A stretch of DNA of 58,326 nucleotides, counting the filler, from Catajapyx aquilonaris (taxonomy: Eukaryota), in assembly GCA_000934665.2 (NCBI GenBank). It is 3 parts of 3 records of this genome, joined end to end, with 100 filler letters (N's around TTAATTAATTAA, not from the genome) between each part and the next. Parts side by side here need not be neighbours in the genome. Positions count along the whole stretch, not along the records: positions 38,984 to 58,326 come from JYFJ02006478.1; 2 more parts are not named here. One strand, 5' to 3'. Made by a program: the position numbers and the translations under genes. Each line of letters opens with the position of its first letter. Positions within the stretch are counted from its first letter, which is position 1. A model generated the notes under the pieces. The model saw only the letters and a program-made list of their open reading frames with translations. It had not been told where the DNA came from and searched no databases. Shown here one piece after another: positions 49,824 through 58,326 of the stretch.

Positions 49824-50499
49824 CTGATGAAAGACGAGTAACGTCAGTCATTGGGAAACTGTGAAATTCCCATAAAGAGTCTTTAATTACATCGTTTCCT
49901 AACCTCGACCGTTTCGTGCAAGGGTCACGTGACCTCCCTTGCCCTTGTGACCTTGCGGTGATACGAAGAGTACAACTTGAGCTGCTTAAGAGTGGTGCTT
50001 TATTCAGTCGTAGTTCAGAGGTACCAAGGCGAAAGGAGTAAAGGATATCAGGGGAAGGTGAAGGGTATGTTCAGCCCCGGGATATTGTCCCAGAAGACTG
50101 GCCTCGTTTACAAAAGTCAGCTGGCTTATATAGGGGTAGACGGCAAAGGATCATGTGGGATTGGATACATCGGTTTGCTGAGGATCACGGGTAGTGATGA
50201 CATGCGTTATCACCACAAAGTTGGCGGTCCGCCACAAAAGTGCACTCGTGTCCAAAAGACAATGCTGTCACACATCCCACCGATCAGATCCTGGCCTGAC
50301 AGGAAGACAATGAGTATAGGTAACACCATGATAGCACCATTTCACCTAAACTCAAAATGTGTGGCATAGGTTGAATGGGTTGATATTCAACTTACGACGC
50401 TCTGGGTTCCCTCCTCTTCCCACCAGGACATCTATCCTGGCCTGACAGGAAGACAATGAGTATCGGTAACACCATGATAGCACCATTTCACCTAAACTC

Positions 50500-50810
50500 A
50501 AAATAATAAACATATTCTTTCCCAGTTACCATGCTACAAACATGTAATGGAGGATGGTCATGAACTGTGTAGCACGGTATCCACACCCAGTTAGTGCCAC
50601 TTTTATACGACATGCGACACACTTCATAACCTTGAACATGATCACTAAATCCTACTGTTTTCAACTTACATACTAAAACAGAAAGCTCCCTTAATTTAGT
50701 CACATAAAGAATATGCACAATTCCAAATACGGGCATCACCACATCTTCGATCATTGTAACAACTACACCTGGTTTAAATATACTACCATAAAGTTCCACC
50801 TTGTTTGGGA
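50500..50810 (-). mobile_element. C-terminal fragment of an animal EnSpm/CMC-type transposase
   Basis: YGSIFKPGVVV...MPVFGIV..LYV...TVGFSDHVQGYEV...HPPLH...YV pattern. Confidence 0.7.
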
Positions 50811-51986
50811 AAAAATGAGACCCCCATCCTCCTCGAGGAGATCAAGAGAATCTTTCCCAGTCGGGCGGTTCCTTATTCGCTGGAAGGGAACAAAAATGGT
50901 TGTGATGACTCAAGATAGGGTAAAACAGCTTTAAATACTTCTGCATGACCGGCAATTTGTCAAAATAATGGGATGTAATGACGTCACAGATTGTATGTTA
51001 CTTCATTGTTGTTCATAAATTTGGGGGGAGGGGGAAATTCTGAAGCTTTTCATTTGAATATCCTGCAGTGTTGCTACCATTGCATCATCTACTGGCGTTT
51101 GCAGGGAAGACAATCTGTGGAACAGAAGTTTGTGATGCAGACTTGGCAGTCCCTTCCTTTATCTTCCTTTCGGTAAGCTCAGGCCATGTTGTGACGCTAG
51201 GTTCTGCTTCCCAACGACCACAATAGGTAACAAGAGTAGGAACGTAAGGTGTTGTGTGAACGAACCTACTCTGCCCTAGTCCGGGCTTCCGGCGACTCAA
51301 TAAGTCGTGAGGGGGAAGCTCTTCTGTAATGATCGAGTCCGATAATCCGGGCGGCGCGAGCCTGCTGGCCCAGACATCATTCTCTTACCTTATTGTGTAT
51401 GTTCAGGCGGCGCAGCCTGCTGGCCCAACCATGACACTCGTGAGTATTATTAACAGAAGTTAAGTGGGAATTGCCTAATCAGTGTAATTAGTCGGATTGG
51501 ATACGCCGCCGGGTAACCTGCGAGTATCTAATAAGCCAGAAATTGTTATTTAAAAACTCACAGGTCCTGCTCCCTGCTGATTCTCTGATTCCGTGACATC
51601 GAGTTTCTGGCTTCGGTATGTGATTGTACCCTGTTGATGCGAAGGGAAACAAGAAGAAATCCTGTAATCATGAAATATTGGAAACTCATCCAAATACGCG
51701 TATGCCATCCACCGCGTCGGATTGAAAACGGCGGACAAACCCGCCTTGGGCCGAAAATAACGGGTACATAGCTTCTTAAATAACAGCTACATTCCAGACC
51801 AATAACAGTTATCCCAATATGCACACCGATCTCGGTTACATCTACCTCAACCATTAAGACGTGCACCAGCGGTAATAATATGACAGCTTTTCGAGCATGA
51901 TCACAAGTTGTGGTCACTCTTAACCTTTTGTTCACAGCCACTTTTTTATTTTATTTTTTCTAGTGCCCGTGCCTTTCCCTCTCCAC

Positions 51987-54680
51987 CATAACACAGATGG
52001 ACCGGCAGGGGGTGGCAAAGTCTAGATTAAGTCTACCAGGTCAGCCACTGAGCGGGACGAAAACGCATCTCTCCCGCGCACGTACGTCACTCGGTGCATG
52101 GCGCGCTCTCCCTCTCGTAACGTGTGATTTGGCACGGCTCGCATGCTTTTCATCATTTTTCGAGACGGTAAATGTCGCAATGATTAATATCATGTAATTC
52201 CCAAACAGTTTATTGTATACAGTACATTAGTACATAACATAGTCTACAAATCAAGGCATAAGCCCACATCATTTAGCGACCTTACGCATCTTGCGCCACT
52301 TCTTCCGGGTCTTCAAGTACCTCATGCAGACATTGAGATGCCTCAGTGGAAAAAAAAAGTTCTGCATTTCACAAAGTACATGATCACAGGTTCAGGGACA
52401 TATCATATGGGACATGCTTTTTCATCACTAGACATAAACCATTAAAGCAGTTGACACCAGTGCGCAATGTCTTTCCGTGATACACCAAAAATAAATCGTT
52501 CGTTGCTCGCAAATGACACAAAAACTCATCGCTTGGCTTCCGCAGACCGCCCTTGCTCGCATACGATGTCCACGATGTCTTGTCTCCAGCCTCGCAAACA
52601 AAACCTAATTCAGGAAACCTTTTTTAACATTTCCTTGCTATTGCACCACCCAAATAAGCCAACCCTTCTGCTCTGTTCATTTTCTTTGACACTTTCAGAA
52701 GCCAAAACTGGCCAGTAATTCACCAGATAAGCAGTTGTAGCCCTGCTGGCCTTCCTCAACATTAATTTGTTGGACATCCAACACCTAGACAATCGTGTGT
52801 AACATGAAAAGTTGTAATTTTTTTCTGACACAAGCTCCGGTGTGTTTTGCCAAAAAAAAAAAAATCCTTAGCCTGTTTTTGAATTCTACTGGATTTGGAT
52901 GTTCATGTGTTCTTCCCATCTGCCGCACACATGCAAATAAATGCTCTAGGGCGTCTTGGTTTAAATTGTGAGTCGTGATGTACCGTACTTCAGGCCATAC
53001 TTCTCCCTTAACATGGTAAATAAACCCATTTAAGTGACCTACAAGTGACTATAAAGCCTTTCTGAAAAGGATACACTTTACCATCGACACGCATGCTATT
53101 CATTAGAGATATAATGTCCTGCAGAACTACCAGTTGGTATTCATCTGCAGTGTAACGGTTTCTGTATCGCTTACGTGTATCCCAGCGTACACGGGAATTT
53201 AATATGTCAAACCATTTGTCTTGAAGTTCAACGACAGTGGCAGTTTCGTCCCGGTTCGTGCATTCCAGTAATTTGTTATTTCCAAAGAATTTAATTGCTT
53301 TGGCGACAGTCTCAGACAGTAACTTCACAGCCCACTTTACCCTCTGCCTTTCATATTATGTATGTGCAAGTAAGCTCAGCCACCTTTTGGCGATTTATGG
53401 ACACAATTATTATGTATGTGCAAGTAAGCTCAGCCACCACAAGGTTATGCAATCACCCCCTCCCCCCCTGCCTTTCATATCCTTTCACAGTAAGTAAATG
53501 ATGAGTAAGTCTAAAGGCAATAGCCAGGTCGTTATCTGTACTTTTCTCCAAGATTTCTTGCATGGCATCACTGTTTACAAGCTCTTTGTTGGACAATCGA
53601 TAACCGTAATCCAGAAAGTTGTTTCTGGCTAATTTTAGTAAGTGTGGGGCATCAGCAAACACATATATGTCTCTGTCAGAACAAACTGGGTTTTGAAAAT
53701 AATGCTTGTTAATACTGATTCCAAGGGAGTTCCAAAACGATAGGTTTTGCCCGCCCATGTCAGAAACCATAGCTACGCACGGAAAGTCGATGGACTCTTA
53801 GACTCTGAATGATATTGAAGATAATTTATTTTTCCATTTTGAAGTCATACGAGAAAAATACCGGCTGCTTCCAACTCCCACACAAACCCCTTGCCATAAC
53901 TACTTGCACATATTTGTGGGGTGGGTACACGCAACAGGTTTTTTTGTCAAATGACCAAGCTTCTTCTACCTTCATTTCATCAAAAGAAGGACAGTAAAAC
54001 GACTATTTGGAGGCATATCCTTCCCCTTCGCTTGCATGAAATGCAAAATAGAATGCAAAATCCCTGGTTCGCAATTAACTTTGGCAACCCAAGCTTTAAG
54101 TGTAGAGAGGCACGGAAGGGGGAAGTTCATTTTGCTTCTCAAATATCTGTAGGCTTTGACACTTATACTTCGTAGAGCAAGTGCAACGCCTAGATCCTCC
54201 TCTGTCCATTTTCGGGGTCTGCGCTTTGTAACCAGGACATCTATTTGTGTCTCAGTAAAGTATGGTCGAAGAATTTTCCTAACTTCCTTGGCCACTTGTA
54301 CTTTAGATGGACATCGCTTCAGTAATTTAATTTCTGACGTTAAGTTTGAGTTGAGGCTCCTAAGGTCTGCATTTGATACCAAAAGCTCATCTTTTTCTCG
54401 ATTGAGAGTCTCCACCTGCCTCTGCAACTCGCGAATTTTTTCTTCGTAATCCACCGTGTCCATTTGCGGTGGCATATATTCACATTCTTCTGATGGGCAG
54501 GTCGTCGATTCTTCCTTGGATTCTTCATCCCTCAGTATTTCAGAGGCGATATTTTTATATTCCCTTTTGTGACGTCTCGCGACTCTCGCCTCTCTTTTCC
54601 TACTGGGTTCTTTCTCGTCTGCAAAATATGAATTTTGTATAATAATAATTTTAGGTACTTGTACAGCTATCAAGGAACTA
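51987..54680 (-). mobile_element. P-element-family transposon, frameshifted transposase
   Basis: KWTEEDLGVALALRSISVKAYRYLR..FPLPCLSTL, FDEMK, WKQPVF, VSDMGGQN, FADAPHLLKLARNNFLD, DKWFDILNSR, PFQKG, LNQDALEHLFACVR; putative CAT terminus at 51987; splice acceptor at ~54620. Confidence 0.95.
53357..53467 (-). mobile_element. Short retroposed insertion inside the P transposase
   Basis: 13-bp TSD CTGCCTTTCATAT; internal ~30-bp duplication. Confidence 0.8.
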
Positions 54681-54959
54681 TTTTGCTATTTTACAAACTT
54701 TGATACCATTGCACAGCCTACCTAATGACTGAGGAAGTTTCAAGTAAGTGAAATCAACATAATAATATTGAAATGTGAATAGGGCCCCACATCCCTATTT
54801 ACATTTCAATGTTTGGACCAACCCCCGCCGACAGCAAACACCGCAGCTAGTGTACGAGGCATGCTGTCGACGAGGGTTTGGAGGTAGTCCCTGCCCCCTT
54901 GGAGCCTGGTCCACTCTTCCTGGGTGGGTTCCCACAGTTGGCCCCCGATTTGCTAACCT

Positions 54960-55350
54960 CCCCCGTCGTCTTGAGAGCCGATACTTCAGTTGACTCCAGA
55001 GATGCTCGATGTGGTTCAGATCAGCACCATTCGGAGGCCACTCTAGGAACATCATAGCAGGGTTTCTTTCCACCGTCCAATTTTGGTAACTTTCTACTCG
55101 ACGAGAACAAAATCATGAATGTTATGCCGTTGCGTGATAATTATGATAAGCACGTTGTAAAATTGTGCAATTGTTTATAAAAGTACTGCATTGCAAGTGA
55201 AGCTCAGTGTTCAATAACAAGGTTTGTTTCTCAACAGAAAATTTGCCGCAGCATGCAAGGCGGGCACGCTTGTGTGCCTCTGTCAATTCAGCCGTCCGGC
55301 TGGGCAGGCGGGCCTCAACTAACCTTCTCCTGACGGTGTGCACCGACACC
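54960..55350 (-). mobile_element. Tc1 transposase fragments
   Basis: VSVHTVRRRLVEA...LTEAHKRARL and LEWPPNGADLNHIEHLWSQLK. Confidence 0.9.
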
Positions 55351-55376
55351 CTCTTAGGGGGTTGGGATACCACCTT

Positions 55377-55384
55377 TATTATTA

Positions 55385-55461
<77 letters not shown>
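55377..55461. repeat. (TTA)n microsatellite
   Basis: Direct observation. Confidence 0.95.
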
Positions 55462-55464
<3 letters not shown>

Positions 55465-56179
55465 CTTCCTCTGAAACCAACGTCTGTGTCTATTCATTAC
55501 AATTTTCACTGGTTTCGGCTTAGGGCCTAATTATAATAATGCCTCATCGCAGAGTCTGGCAATGAATCGCCTGAAAACTGAGTTAATAAGTGAACCCAGA
55601 TCACTTCAGGAGACATGCATCTGCATCGCCTCACCTCACATCTATAAAGAAGAAAAGCTGTCTAGTGTCCGAAATTAAGCTTCATTGCTATAATTAAAAC
55701 TCATATTGTTCTACCATAATTAGATGGATATCTGGGGAGTGCCGTGGTTCACTTTATAAAACCTGTGCCATGAAAAAATCACAACGTCGAAGCAGCCAAA
55801 TTCTATCCTTTATTTTAGGTAATGCAGTTCCACTAAATCCGCACACACATTTTGTTACCACATATTCTGTGAATGAAAATCGGGGCTCGAGGATCAAGAG
55901 TGCATAACGAGGTAAATAAAAATGGATTCGGAGATACCTTGGCTTTGCCGATTGATTGTAAGAGACTAAGAGTGCCAGCAATAAGTAGGTAGGGAAAAAT
56001 AAGTAATAATGACACTTTCTATAAACAGGAACATTATACAGCAACGCAAAGCACAAGCGAAATACATATTGTCAATGGGACACACGGTAAAGACGGGAAC
56101 AACGACGCTGTGACACTTTTGAACCAAACCCGTCATTGCAGAGAAGTCCGCCGGGTTCTGGATCATCTCCGAGAGGGTT

Positions 56180-56720
56180 ATCTGATGTGGTACCTGTCTA
56201 TCGACAAGGCAACTGCTGCGAAGATCATGGGCTTCTTAGTCAGGGAAAACTCAGTGAGGTCCAATTCCTTCCTGATTTCAGGAGCCATTAGTCTAGGCAC
56301 TTCTGCTCCCATCTGGCTGATTTCAGCGATTTGTTGGTCCTCCAGTGGTGTAGTCAGTCTCGGTCGACCACATCTGAAATTCATGCACATTGTTACTTAT
56401 TACAATGTTCAATCATAAGCCATTAAACATAATATCCTCTCAATGCTACTTTTTATTTAGACCTATATCCCTGCCAATCTATTGCGTTATTATTTGTTAT
56501 TAATGACAGCAACTTTTTATTTACATTAGCTACTGCTATAAAAATCCGTCTCACCTTCCTTTATAATTTGGCGTGACAGCTGCTTTCGTGGCCTCATCTT
56601 CATCCCCTACATCATCGGGCATAGCAAAATATATCTGGCTAATTTTGCCCACCGCAGCCTTACTTACCATGAGACACTTAGCAACTTTAGCCAAAGATAA
56701 TCCTTCCTTCCTCAATTCTA
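56180..56720 (-). mobile_element. Tc1 transposase N-terminal HTH fragments
   Basis: LRKEGLSLAKVAKCLMVSKAAVGKI and GRPRLTTPLEDQQI. Confidence 0.8.
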
Positions 56721-56834
56721 GACGTCATGAACAGGAATATAAGACTCATTAAACTGATTAAAGCAAATAACATTAGACATCACTAGAGAACGGATTTCTA
56801 GATTTTAACCTACTTATTATGTAGACAGAACACC

Positions 56835-57350
56835 GGAACCAACACGTTGGCCAGTTGCAGATTAAGGGCCGTAGCCCAGGTCAAGACCGCCGAGCCGCGG
56901 TCCGAGTCTCTGTAGTCCCCCCAGAGGGTCAACCGTGCATTAAAGTCGCCGAGTACATGCGCCCTGCGGGAGGACCCCCGCCAGTACCTCATCAAGTCGA
57001 CGCAACCCGTCCGCTATCCTGCGGCCAGGATTAAGGTAGACATTGACCAGAGTCAACTCCATCTCGCCACTGCCTATGGAATGAGTCTGAGAGGGAGGTT
57101 AGGTTAACCACCCTCGTAGCCCTGTCATAAACCACGATGGCCACCTTATCCCCCTCGACCCCATCGATTTAGCATGTGCCTGAGGCTTAAGATGTGCGGC
57201 TCCTGTAGACACAAGACGTCGAGTTTCTGTGCAGCGCCCCACTCTATGGCTTGGTTAATGGCCACTGATCCCTTCCCCGCGTTGAAATGGGCCACCCTTA
57301 ATCCGGAACCCGCCCAGTGAACTCCGGGGACGTGATCACTGCGAGCCATA
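56835..57350 (-). mobile_element. Non-LTR retrotransposon AP-endonuclease fragment (R1 group)
   Basis: LRVAHFNAGK...DVLCLQEP and VLGDFNARLTLWG...DRG. Confidence 0.9.
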
Positions 57351-57419
57351 ATCGATCCGTTTAACCAGCTGACCCCTCCGTCGCAGCCACTGGGGACATG
57401 ACCCCGGGATCTACTTTGA

Positions 57420-58326
57420 TCCCCAGTTGTCCTGGAAGTCACATGTCCTGAGAGCAGCGGCTAAGGTCCGGAGGGTGGGGTCTGGTTTGTGGCGGGTGGC
57501 GGGCAAGGCTTGGTGTTTGTCCCCACGAAGTAGACGCGTCATCATACTCCGTGCGATTCTGCCAATGTTGTACTTTGGGGCTGAGGTGTGGGGTGGATGC
57601 AGTCGGCTTACAAAGGTTGCCCCGCAGTTGCGGGCGGCGCTTCGGCCCTTCCTTTTGTCCCTTACGAGGGCACATCGAACGACGTCCTATGAATGTCTGT
57701 TCGTCCTGGGGGGCATTGTTCCCCCGGACATTCGGGCCTTTTCCATGTGGGAGGCGCGGAGGGATCTGCTGGTGTCGCCGGAGGTGGCCCCGCCTGCTTA
57801 TCGGCAGTTGGGATAAAAAATAAAAAAATAAAAAAACACACATTTTGTTCAGTTAACGTTGGGGGTGGGGTGGCCTTGCCTGCCCTCCCCTACAACGTCA
57901 CAGGTGCTTGGCGCAGTATAGCCATTGCTGCTGTTGCGCCATTAAACCATTAATCAATCAATCAATCAATCGGCAGTTGGGAAGCGTTCCTCCCTGGGGA
58001 TGGGTCCGGGTGGAGCTGGAGACGTGGATGGGGATGCCCGTAGGGGTGGATCTCCTATTGTACACGGATGGGTCCCTGACTCGGGGAGTGAACGCGGGGG
58101 GAGCTGTGGTTGGCATGAACAGCGACGATCGGGTGCTGTTGTGTGAGAGGCATGCCTTCGATGGCTCGGTGGAGATTTATGATGTTGAGCTCCGCATGAT
58201 CGTTCGGGCTATGGAGATTGTGGGCGAGCGTGCCTCTGAAGGCGAGGTCACGTGGGTCGTATCCGATTCGTTGTCTGCTCTGCAGGCCATCAGCAATCCC
58301 CGCGCTTATGACGACACAGTACGATA
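57420..58326 (+). mobile_element. Non-LTR retrotransposon RT C-terminus plus RNase H (R1/LOA/Tad1 group); runs off the window
   Basis: LSWKSHV...ILPMLYFGAEVW...RAHRTTSYECLFVLGGIVPPDI; RNase H YTDGS...YDVEL...SDSLSALQAI. Confidence 0.92.
57814..57968 (+). mobile_element. 5'-truncated LINE 3' tail (I/Nimb-like) inserted in the R1-group element
   Basis: 14-bp TSD ATCGGCAGTTGGGA; hairpin GGCGCA...TGCGCC, ATTAAA, (AATC)n tail. Confidence 0.8.

Overview
Eukaryotic genomic DNA, most likely from an invertebrate with CpG methylation (arthropod-like repeat content; species not identifiable from sequence). The window is three unrelated ~19.4-kb contigs joined by artificial 100-nt linkers (N44-TTAATTAATTAA-N44 at 19353-19452 and 38884-38983), so nothing should be read across the linkers. 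Contig 1 (1-19352) holds the last two coding exons of an ANP32/mapmodulin-like gene and the promoter plus first three exons of PA2G4/EBP1, both on +, with introns and intergenic DNA packed with MITEs, a pogo/Tigger relic, a hAT relic, a Helitron and tRNA-derived SINEs. Contig 2 (19453-38883) shows no recognisable host coding exon: modular SINEs, nested insertions, MITEs, Helitrons, a fold-back minisatellite, a mariner fragment, a tRNA-Ala pseudogene and a candidate CRE/TATA promoter. Contig 3 (38984-58326) is a graveyard of decayed transposon ORFs (piggyBac, Sola1, Sola2, EnSpm/CMC, P, Tc1, Gypsy, R1-group LINE) plus USP, HECT, DUF4806 and C2H2 remnants, almost all on the minus strand, which resembles a uni-strand (flamenco-like) piRNA cluster. 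No CRISPR, rRNA or intact tRNA was seen. Family assignments come from motif recognition by eye, not database searches.
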